A DNA stretch of 64,000 nt, from assembly GCF_963853765.1 (NCBI RefSeq), contig NC_088859.1:6572001-6636000 (forward strand), given 5' to 3'. Of the stretch, positions 26,901 through 39,100 are shown one piece after another. A model generated the notes under the pieces. That model had not been told where the DNA came from. It saw only the letters and a list, made by a program, of their open reading frames with translations, and made no database searches. The stretch is from Magallana gigas (taxonomy: Eukaryota). Numbering within the stretch: the stretch's first letter is position 1; each line of letters opens with the position of its first letter. The translations under genes and the position numbers were made by a program.

Positions 26901-29900
26901 GCCAGCCAAGGGGCCAGATAACTAGTCTATTTTTGCCCCAGTGTGTAATAATTTTAACAATAGAGAACATTTATAATAATAAAGTAGGAAACTGGCAAAA
27001 CGACTTGTATGCGTTTGTACGCTTCTCTGTAAATTTATGATTACAGGAGCTAGGGTTATTACATCAGAAGCAAGTGCAAAAAACACTCCCCCCTAAAACT
27101 ACTCATCAACAGGTGCTCTTGGCGTAAGAACCGGCGATAAAGCGAAAATGGATTCACCAAGACGCGTGCGCTTTTGATATCCTTTCATTGAAGAATCCCT
27201 GCGCACTAAAATGGGAATAGCTTCACGTTATGAATGAAGTAAAATGGGTCTGTGGTCTACAGAATATAAGCTTTTGTCTGGGCTGTCTGGGAACTGAACG
27301 AGTTTCTTGCAGAGTTGTTGGGCTTTATGGGTTATGACGCAACACACATAAAGCTAAGGAACCACGTGGAACAAAAATCTAGCTTAATTCAATTGCAGAA
27401 TCGGTTAGATATGAGTTTTTAAAAAAAATCTATGATGGTAAATGTTTTAGTTGTCCTTTGGAATTACAAATAAACAACCTGCTCTTTATAAAGAGAATAT
27501 TAAAAGAGATAACAACAATTTTATCATCAATACAAACATTATCAATGATAAAAAGTGAAGTATACGATATTTATATTAAAAAAAAATGATGTGTGAATCA
27601 ATACATATTTTGCTGATCCTTGATAGCTTATCACAACTTCATGTCTATAATACTTTGGTGAAAATTGTCGATGTTTTGCCACCAGGGCTAAAACAGTTTT
27701 TATTAATTAGTTAGGAGATCGACCTAAGTGAAAGAGACAGAAACTGTAGAAAAAATAGTCTACAATTAACTAAGGGGAGATTTTTACCGTTCCATTTGCC
27801 ATCTTGTACTGATTTTTCGAGCTTTACACAATGTGTTTTAAATTTGACCAAATAATTCTGGAATGCGCTCTAAAGCATTCCTCTGATGCTTCCTTTGTGT
27901 GAACACCAACCCTTTGGTAACGAGGGAGTTTTGTACAAATTGTATCAGTCAAAAAAGGCGGGTATGGAATCTCGGAATTTTATATTGATTCTTCTTTGCA
28001 TGTGTTTTCTATGAAGAAGAAATTGTTTTGCTTAAACGAAACAGGCAGATAATTGTAAATAACTTAATGTAAGTATTAGATTTTATATAACAATATTCAT
28101 ATATCTAACAATAAAAGGTAACACCTGTTAATGTAAAATATCAACTGTACATCCAAATACATGGAACAACTTTTTTTGGTTACTTTTTTGTTATTTTGAC
28201 TTCTTTACCTTGTGTCCTAAAATCATGAGTTAAACTACATGTATAACCAAAATTTATTTAGTTCGAAAATATATCCATTCAGACCCCGCCCTTTCCACAG
28301 AGCCCCCTTCTAACCAATAGATTGCTCTGTGTGTTTTCTAGCTCCTGTTCTTAGATATTTATTTATTTACGATGACATTTTGAATGTGTTAAATAATTAC
28401 ATTAGTATTACTTTGTATTTTGTAGGACAGAAAGGAGACAGGGTAAGCCGGTTTAATTTTTATCTTCCATTCCTGACTTTCTCATACATTACCAAAACAT
28501 AAGAAAGTATAAAATGAAATTTTGTCAAATTTAAAAAGAAATAATCATTGTACATTGACTGTCTGTATGTTTCAGGGAGATGTTGGGTTTCCGGTAGATT
28601 TTTATTCCTAAAAGTTCTTTATTCTGATGATTTTTATCCCTATATACTAACAAGTTTGGGGTTAAAATAGCTATCTTTAATATATACATGTATATGAAAT
28701 ATATAGCCAAAAAATCAACATTTTATCATCTTGTAGACACAATAGCTAATATTTATTAGAAAAACGTTTATAGTTCTAAATCTATGTATGTAGATGCATT
28801 GACCTGGCTGTGGTTTCAGATATATTCGTGGACGTTGATATGTGGATTTAGTGAAATTTACAATTCCATATATAACAGTTCGTGACCAGTGAGCCTAACA
28901 ATAGTATATATCATCATATATCGTACTTCTTTGTACATTTATTTAGTGAATAGACTTAAGAGCACCAAAACATGCTTTTCAACGAATATTGATGAAACCA
29001 CATTATCCATTGCAAGCTTATTGGTAAATTAGTTAAAAAACTAATTAGTCATCATTAGCAGTTTAGTGATAATTTCATTACAAATTGAACCATTATTTTT
29101 TTCTTTTCTTTTTGCAAGTTTAAATTACTGATGTTTCTTTAAAAACTGTAAGACGTCCTTAAACAATTGACGCAAAGTAATGTAATTTCCGGCAACAAAT
29201 TGGTTCCACTTAGGGTATTTTACGTCAGACAAGCCTATAGGTGTACAGACACCTAGAAACGTATACCTCCCATGCCGAGACAAACGTCTAATCGCCCTAT
29301 CTCCCTGTGAGCTCTTCTTGGAGGTCACCCAATTGTTCCGGGTAGGGTGAATGTTAATGTCACTTTGAGGGGTCTGGGCTTTCTCAGCGCTTCTTTCCAG
29401 ACAAGCCCTGCTGCAGTTAACAAGGCATAAATGCACTTCTGATAGCCTCCTCTGTAATTATGTCGGTTTGATGGCGTATAGTGATGTATGAGTGAGGATG
29501 CTTCCAGTTTGACAAATGTCTTTATTCTGTTTCGAATGCACTGAACATGAAACAGATTTGAATTTGAAAGGGGAAATCGCTAAAAATTAGTTCTGCCATT
29601 TGTCTGAGAATTAGGTAGAATACGCACGTGTTAACACAGCGTTGAATAGAGACCCCTGATGGTATATTAGAGCTTCTATCCATACAGATAGACAGACAAC
29701 TGCTGCAATTGCAACAGTTGACAGATGCAGTGAAAAATTTCATTTAAATTCACATGAAATTGATGCCAAATACTAGTACCCGATCTTGACCCCCTTATTT
29801 TAAATTAGATCTAAGTCTAAGTCTATGATATACAATTTTTAGATATATAGATATGAATTGACAAAATAACTTTTATTTCAGGGACCTAAAGGTGATTCCG

Positions 29901-32900
29901 GCTATCCCGGGTTCCCGGTCCGTCTGACTTTTACATTAAGATTATTGTTATACGCACTTTTTAATTCACCAAAAAATGTCTGCATGATAAGAGAAAACAA
30001 CCAATATTACGTTTAAAGTGTCTGAAAAATGTCGATGCACATTGCACACGTTATTTGAATAATCATTTTTTGTTTTTGTTATAATTATGTTGATATGAAC
30101 TGTCCAAAACTATTTAACAATGCCTTGATTCTAGCTATTGGTAAATAATTTGAACCAATTCATTCATATAATTTTTTCCTGTCAATTCTTGTTATGCATG
30201 GTTCTTTTTTTCAAACAATACACATAAACAGTTTTAACAATGTAAAGTTTGTTACTAACATTGAACTTAACAAACTTTTGCCATAATATCTTTATATCTA
30301 CTTATAATTTTATTTAGTCATTTGCTAATTAAAAATATACATTATATCTTATTATGCTTTATTGTATTTGTAAATAGATTTTCTTAGTTACATGCTTTTA
30401 GTAAGATTGAGAATAAAGTTATTAATGAGAGGCAAAGATGCAAATGCAATCTAATTATGAGTGTTTCTGTTTAGAAAATAAATGCAAGTAAAATATTCGA
30501 TCCATTTCCTCGTGTTGCATGAAAAAAAACTAATCCTCATAAATTACTAGTATTACATATTTTTCTAAAAGAATTGATTTCATAGGATTTATTTGTTGTA
30601 GGGTTCTATTGGGCAAACCGGACCGCAGGTAAAGATCTACGCATTCAGTCCTTTGGTCTTAAAGCTTTTATATTGGAGACCTTTAAGTTACATATTTTTC
30701 TTGATATTTTTAATACGTAATATTTCTAGGGAGAACCCGGTCAACCAGGACCCCCTGGACTGAAGGTAACATTCTTTATACATTGGTTTACCTATATGTA
30801 ATCAGATACACAAATTTAGAACAATACATTAGTTTATGGCCACAAAACCTATGACCACTAACGTTATACATGTACAGTATATATTATATAAAATGATGTA
30901 ACCAGATATATATGTAAAACAGATCTTTTCATTTTATATATAATATATAATATTTTCATCCTAGGTTATATCAAATATTGTTATAATTCAATGTTGTAGG
31001 GAGAAAAGGGGGACAAGGGTAATGAAGGGTTACCTGGGTACGATGGAGCGCCGGGCCCAAAGGTAAAAAATATACACTCCCAAAATTCCTATAAATCTAT
31101 ATCTTCTGCCAAACATATTTGTTTGTAAAACCATCCTACTTTATGAGATAATTCTTGTATCACGGTAATTTTATTAATTCGGAGATTAATTCAGAGATTA
31201 TCTCTGATCAGAGATGAACACGTTTTAACATTAAGTATATTTCCTTTTGAACATCTTGTAGCAGGAATGTTACCTCCATTTATACATCTCTTCTCACCGC
31301 AGGGATATATAAACAATTATGAATTGCTTTTGATAAATTAGAAGACTCGCAACATATTCCAGCTTATCGCATCTATTCTGGTTTTGAAAACATGAATTTA
31401 ATTCTGATCTACAGGGGGTCAAAAGGTCAATACGATTCCAGGACGAAACCTTCCGAAATATAGTAGACCTAAAGGTATCGCCGTCACGTGACTTAATTGA
31501 AAAATGTTGATCGGATTTATTTTAAAATTTATGAAACAATTTTATTAATTATCACTTAAAACCAACCATTAAGGATTTTTCTACCCCTGACCTTTTGGAT
31601 TTTATTAGGGAGCGTCTTATGAAGTTATAACGATAAAGGTTTGTATCGGACGGCGCATGCTCGAGTTTGTGATGTAGTTGCATGCCAGACTTCGTTTAAG
31701 CGATGCTTTTTGTTCGAAATATTTTTCCTCCTGGAAATTATTTTAAAGAATATATTTAATAGCTAGACTAGTAGGTATTATGATACATAATATTGCTAAA
31801 GAACATGGGTTTTATGGGAAAAAAAATCACGTGTCCAGATTTCGTCATTCTAACGGTAAACATATGCATGAACAAATAATGATAGACACTAAATCACAAG
31901 GAGAACAGATTAAGAATAAATTTTGTTATCTGCCTGAACTTACATCAGATGAGAAAGAAAACCGCAACATCATGAAACACAAAACATCATCAAAATAACA
32001 AAGAGTGTTTATTCAATAAACAAACGTTGTTTGGAAAGCAGCTGTAAAACAGTAAGGATCAGACGAAGGCTGATGAGTTTCTCAAACCACAAGGTTACGC
32101 AACTCCCAAACTACAAGATATTAACGCATGCATCCGTTATCTCCTTGCATGCTTCTTGTGGGGGTATGTGTGTGCGAGCAGTCAAGTTTTTCAATATCCC
32201 TTACATATCCCTAACAATGTTGTCACAAATTTTGTGGAGTAACCTGCGATATGATGCATGTTTTATGATTTTTGTTTTCCTCAGTTATGTCTTGGTGATA
32301 TTATTGCTTATGCATGACATTGACCTTTAACCTGCATGTCATTGAAGGGTGATCGAGGACCTAAGGGTGTACCTAGTTCCGCTCCAGATGGTGCCGAGGA
32401 ACAGCTGGAGTTCCTTAGGGTAGTTTTAGGTTACCGTTGTCACAAGTGGTAGAACACTTACATTTTTACTGACTTCTAAGTTATGTTTGATTGTGAATAT
32501 ATTCATTACATTCATTTGATCATCTTCACAATGTCAAGGTTTTGTGATTATGAAACTCCACACAAACTGTGGAGTTCCGTAATCACAAAACCTTGACATT
32601 ATGATGTCATTTGATTATGGTACGAGTATTTGTGTGTTGTAATTAAATTTAGAGCATTTGAATGTTTTTGTATAATTCAGAATATTTTGAATTCGCATTT
32701 TAATTTTTTCAATAAAAGTGTATAACTATGATAAATATTGCCATTCATATCATATAACTTTTTAAACATTCTGGTTCTTTGATATAGGGAGAGCCCGGAG
32801 AACCTGGGGCTAAGGGCATACAGGGAGACCCGGGCGAACCCGGACCCAAGGGAGACACGGGACTCCCTGGATTTGACGGTTTACCTGGACCAACTGGACC

Positions 32901-35900
32901 ACCTGTAAGTATAGAGCCGATATTAGATGTTTAGTGTTAAGTAATTACATGTAGCTTGTATCAAACGGTAAATAAATTTAATTTAAAAATATTTTATTAT
33001 GCAATATATTACATAAACGAATAGGATAGCAAGCATTGCCTATACAAATCCTCTCCGACATACAAGGTCAAGGTCATTTATACAAAGTTTAGTGCCATAC
33101 AATATTGACAATAATATTACAAAAGATATTATATTGATAAATATATGCATATACGTATATATTTGAAATATATGACCAGAAATGACAATAGGTATAATAA
33201 TACCTATTATAATATTATAATTTGTAGTAACTAGTAATGATAATAATTAGAAAAAAAGAAAAAAATACAGACAAAAGGTTTTATACACAGGTAAATAAAT
33301 AGGTGATATAATAGCTGATATCCTACTTTAATAGTTGATATCCAAAAAAACTGATTGCTATCAAACGTTACATAAAGAGCAGCTGGTATCCAATATTAAA
33401 AAATAGATATTGGTACTCTAAATCTATTAAAAATTATACAATGTATGAAAGTTTTGATTATAAGTCATACAGTAATTAATTATTTTTTCTAGGGAGAACC
33501 TGGGCCAAAGGGAGATCGCGTAAGTTTTCCACGTTGCATCTTCACTCTATTCACCGTTTTCATATACTAATATCTCGACTTTTATCACTTTATATTGTAA
33601 ACAACTTTTCAACATTTTGTCATCCTTTAACATTGTAGGGTATACCAGGAAACCCTGGAGTACCGGTGAGTTTTTAAATCCTTGTTTCGTTTGACAGAAT
33701 ATTGAAATGCGATGTTGAGTGTGAATTAAGAAAATGTAAAATGCTTTTAAAATTACATTGGGCATGTCCTCGTGACAGGGAAGTAAGGGTATGATTGGGG
33801 TTCAGGGGCTTCCTGGTAGGGGTGATCCGGGACCTCAAGGTCCAAAAGGTCAGCAAGTAAGTCTCAATGCATGCGTCTGCGCATGACGTCATTTAAATGT
33901 GCCTGATGATGACTGCATGGCGTCAAAACAATTTTTACACCCCGTGAAATATATGTATGTTATTTGCTCAGAAATGAAATTTGATGTATGTAGTGTATTT
34001 GTCTAAATAATCTTGTAATATGCATGATGTCTGCGACGTGAAGAAGGCTGCACTTTAAGTTTTGAATTTGTATCGGGGTACAGATGAACTGAACTTTATT
34101 TCAGGTAGTGTTATCTGTCTCCGATTCAAGGGGGTATCCTGCAGGGTATATTAAGGGCGAAAAGGGGAATTTAGGAGAACGGGTGAGATGAATCATCCCT
34201 CCTGTGATGATCATGCTAGGTTACTAATCAGCTATACTCGAATGGTTTTGACGCTGTAACCGAGACATGCACTCTATGAACAACTTTCCAGTAGGCTGCA
34301 GCAAATACAATTATTAATGAACTATTATGCTACTTAATTCTAAACCTTATCTGCTCAAAGCGCCACTCAAGGACATGTCGCATGGAGGTTTTGTCCAGTT
34401 CAGAAAACGCAAATGATCAGTTAATTCCAAACTCACGTGATGTCGAAGAGGATCAATCACGCCAAAGACGGTCGCGAAATCGAGGCTGTCTCACAAGAGG
34501 GCGCTCAAGAAGGCGGCAATTAGTGGAGGTATTCGACAAAGCCTTGGTGGCGGGATATATAAGTTGCTCTCTGCATGACTATGTGTTTGCTGCAGTCCTT
34601 TAACACTGTTGTACCAACTAACATCTTTTAAGCTTATGGGAAAGGTTTGTATTCATGGCTAGATATGTACATAATAACTTAGAAATGTTCGTGTTTATTG
34701 AGCAAACTCGTATTCATCTTTATATACAATATGTATGTACACCTCGTAATAGAATATTGTATCATTGATCAGTGCTCACATTTAAAAAAAACGCTTATGT
34801 TGAAAGTTGCACAACAAGAGTAAGTCAATTTTCAAGGAACAGAATAAGCTGATGATCTAATGCTTCATTTGATTTAAAGAATTTGTTAATCATAAAAGGG
34901 AGAGATAGGCCTTCCGGGCTTACCAGGAACTAAAGGCTTGAAAGGCGACAGAGGACGACGCGGGAAAAAAGTAAGTCGTCTGCCTGATTCTGTTGTCAAT
35001 GAATATTCATGAATGTGTTCTATGTCATTATTGATTTGGATGTTTTTAGCATGCATCTTCCGTTTGGCATGCTGTGTGTATATAGAGTTTCTTTTCTGTA
35101 GCTACAACAGAAGATATGGTAGAAGTTTAGTGTGTGACTTAGTGAGTATTCAGTAGTCTTCAGTTAATTTTTAAAATATTGCATGTTTTGGAAAATAGAA
35201 AAGCATGCTCAATGCGTGACTACTTTATTCATGTTATATACATTTTGTTTGGTATTCCCAAAATAAAAGCTTATTTGCATGTACTTTTAAGATTTTGATT
35301 AAAGTGATAGTTTGTAATGAATGAGGATGCTTTAAAAGCATGTCTCCTGCAACTGAATTTTCAAAACACGTTTCACTAAAACAGAAAGTCCGTTACATCA
35401 TTTTTCGTTTTTGCATTGTAATCTGTATCTTAATATGAACCTTTTAAGGGAAAGCGTGGAAAGCGTGGGGTTGGTCGACTAGGACCCCGAGGTCCCATTG
35501 GTAAAAGAGGCCTTCCAGGGCTACAGGGTTCAAAAGGTGACAAGGGTGCCCCAGGAGAACAGGTTTGTCTAGTTTTAAGCATCCATTCGGTGTTTTATAA
35601 AAACGTGTATGCAGAAAAGGTCAACACAAGGTATTGTTAAAGACATATGACAAAGATGATAAATTATGTTATATTAAATAAAATAAAATTATTATCCCTT
35701 TCGAAAGTCATAAAAATAGGGATGCTTTTATTTTGCAATGATACCATGAATTTAAAACAAATACTAGCATATAGTTTTGCTTCATGTTTGTTGCTATGCA
35801 ATTTATAAAGTTACACGTTTTTTGCCAAATAAAAACCCCAAGTAAATGAAACAATCTGAATTGTATTACAGGGAGACAGGGGCCTGGGTATTCCTGGTAA

Positions 35901-36085
35901 AGATGGAAAGCCCGGCACAAGAGGGATCCCTGTAAGCTAATTATACCCACTGAATAAACATTTGAAACTTACTTTTAACAACTTTCATGTTTCTTTTAAA
36001 TTTAAATTTTTAAACACTATCAATCATTTAAAGAGTCGAGAGCAGCACATGTAAGTAACATTTTGTAAGTTAAACTAGATAATGT

Positions 36086-36120
<35 letters not shown>

Positions 36121-39100
36121 TATTTAGTACCTTTTTTTTCTTAGGGAGATAAAGGTGAAAAGGGTGATGAAGGTCCGCTAGGACCTCCGGGAAATGATGG
36201 TCAGATAGGACCTCCGGGACTACCTGGGCCTCCGGTAAATACTTGATTGCATTAATTCGAATACTGTCAAAAACTCGGGTTTAATTGATATTCATTGCAT
36301 TACAGTTTCTGTGGATTCCATTAATATTACAGTTATGAGGAAAAGCAAAGTCGAGGAGAATGGTCCTATTTATAGATCTAAAACCAGACATTTTACTTCG
36401 TTGTAATTCTGAAATCATTGATCGTATGAACAACGAAAATTGTAATTCAATGAATAATAAACAACATGATATAATTGTAATGTGAAATTTGTTTGGTTTT
36501 TATCATGAAAAAAATATGAATATCTGTATTTGTAGAACAAAAGTAACAAAACGAGAAATGATAACATTTGTAAACTATGTTACTTATGTAGAATAAGTAA
36601 ATCTGTTAATCAATGATATTACAAATGCTTTTATTTCAATGTATGAAATGCATCTAACATAGACCAATACTTTTAATTTTATTTTTAGGGAGACACCAGC
36701 ATTATAGATACCTCTGATTATAAAGGCATAAGCCGTGTTGTAAGTTATCTTTAAGCAACTAAACATAAAAAGTGTAAACACAAAGTTCAAAGAAAGTTGT
36801 TACCAGAAGGTTTTTATCTCCCGCTCAAGGTGTCGTTTTCTAAAATATACATCTAAAATTGAAGAAAGTAATTGAAAATTGGTAGTTTTTTCTTAAATTT
36901 CCGTTAGTTAAAGTTTGCAATTTAAGGGTCATTATAGCACACAATTACAGCCATATTTTCTGCATTGTTTAAAGTGTGTTGCTTTAAAAAAATATGATAA
37001 AACATACATATTTTAAGCACGCGTTTATGATTTTTGCTGTTTAGTTAAGAATGTAGTATTATTTGCATTTCATCAGTATAAATTCATATAGCTCCCTTGA
37101 ATGAAACGTTCTGTTCTATTCTCAGATTCCTGGTCCCCCTGGTCCCCCGGGTCCTCAGGTAAGTAGTTTTTGCTTCATCTTCATAAACAGGTTAGCACCA
37201 ACAAATTTTCAAACAATTTCATTGGTAAATTTTTGATGCATTGAACAATTTTCACATTTCACAAGGGTCAACAAGGAGTACAAGGCAGGCCTGGAATCAA
37301 GGTGAGTATTGAACATGATACTCTTATCATTACCTTTTTTCATGTAGTCTTGTAATTCTTATAAATGAATGTATCAAACTATATACCATATTCTAAAAAT
37401 TGTTTTTCATCTTTGTAGGGCGAAAGAGGTCCTGTTGGTAGCAAAGGTGAAAGGGTGTGTAAAATTCGCTTAGTTGCTATGATATTTTTCATGTTTATAT
37501 CTAGATTCCAAAGTGAATTTTGTATGTTAATGACTATGTACATGTATCTCGGTCATATTCCATTTTCAATTAAGAATTTAAAAAGGGAAATTTGTCACTT
37601 AGATATGACGTTTATTGGTCAAATCTTACGAAGCCCGTGTTTGCTCTTTACTACACATTTAAGGAAATGTATTTGCAAAGGTATATTTTCATCGTTATGC
37701 CATTGCTACTCAACACGTTTACCGTTTTTGTTTAGGGTGATAAGGGAGAGGAAGGACAATTGGGACCCATGGGATTGCCCGTAAGTAATTCATTCTGATA
37801 CTGAAAAGTCAGAAAGTAAAGTTTGCTTCAATCATCATTAGTCCTCGCCAAAAACATTCTTTTTAAATGTTCATTAAGGCTTTGAACAACTGATGCTTTA
37901 ATGTTCCATACCTTTGTGTACAAAGATATTAGAGAAAAAGTGTTGTTTTCGTGTCTGGATTTGTGAAGCCATGCACGTAAATCTAGGAATACCATCAGCT
38001 GTATTACCGCCATGTACAGTGTAGTTTACTGAATGGATATTGTGAAAATTGTATTAGCTGCTATTGTTGTTAGAATATTGTTGTGAACGTTTCCTGAAGA
38101 AATAGAAATGAAATCTATATGAATGCATTGCAAAATCAAATTCAATTAATCAAGGGGAGCTTTGGGCCACCCGGTGTAAAGGGAGAACTAGGTGACACTG
38201 GTTTGCCAGGCCCGATGGTGAGTCATTGATTTAATACTTGTACTGCCGTTCACTTTCAAATTTTTACAATTGTTTTCCCACAGATTCTTGAAAAAGCATG
38301 ACAACACAAACACAAGTATAGTGGTTTGACGCAATCCCAATAAAATGCATGATGCACCACTATGATATGGTCTTATTAAATGGTTATTTTAATTTTAATT
38401 TACTTTTTTGCATCGTCTTTGTTACTACTTTGGAGAGAGACACAACTGACTTTTAATTATACGGGTATTTCTTTTAAAAATTACTTTGGATTATTTTAGA
38501 TAAAGTTATTGCTGTATTTAAACCTATTACAGAAGAATCTATTATAAAAGCACTGGATTCTGTTATAGTTTTACAATTGTATGATTGGCACAGTACATTA
38601 ATGCATAAGGGATTATAGTGTTTGGTGCATGATGATTAGCATGACTTATCTTTCTTTCCAGGTATTCTGTGATAAAGATTTGCGGTTTCAAACTTATGGT
38701 TGCAACTTTCAACACAAATGTATTCTCAATATAACATGCAATAATAATGTTTTAAGCTTGAACTAACCACAGAATATATTTATCTTGCACAAAATCGTAG
38801 TTTAAATAAAAGATACACACCATCCTATTTGTTGATTGCTCACAGAAAATGAGAATTTTTCAACCTTTTGTTAATGTTTAAAAAAATTTACCTCTCTTTT
38901 GTTTTTGAAACCATTCCTGTTCTTTTTTCTTCTGCTGAAATGACATTATTTTATGTCCAGGGTCCACCTGGTCCCCCAGGACCTGAAAGTGCAGGTGCTT
39001 GTTCCTGTCCGAAAGGCGAAAAGGTCAGTGCTTCAACTCTATGAACTGTGTTCGATTGATCTTTCTGTACTGGTTTTCGTTGGATGTGTTCGTACCCTAT

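Noticed and set aside
29125-29436. 103-aa minus-strand ORF antisense to a collagen intron
   Set aside because: No homology recognised and no flanking exon structure.
34100-34110. AG|GT junction at the collagen exon 15 acceptor (also ccag|gtattc near 38661) as recursive splice sites
   Set aside because: Introns are short and the GT at 34105 is explained by a Val codon; no further evidence.
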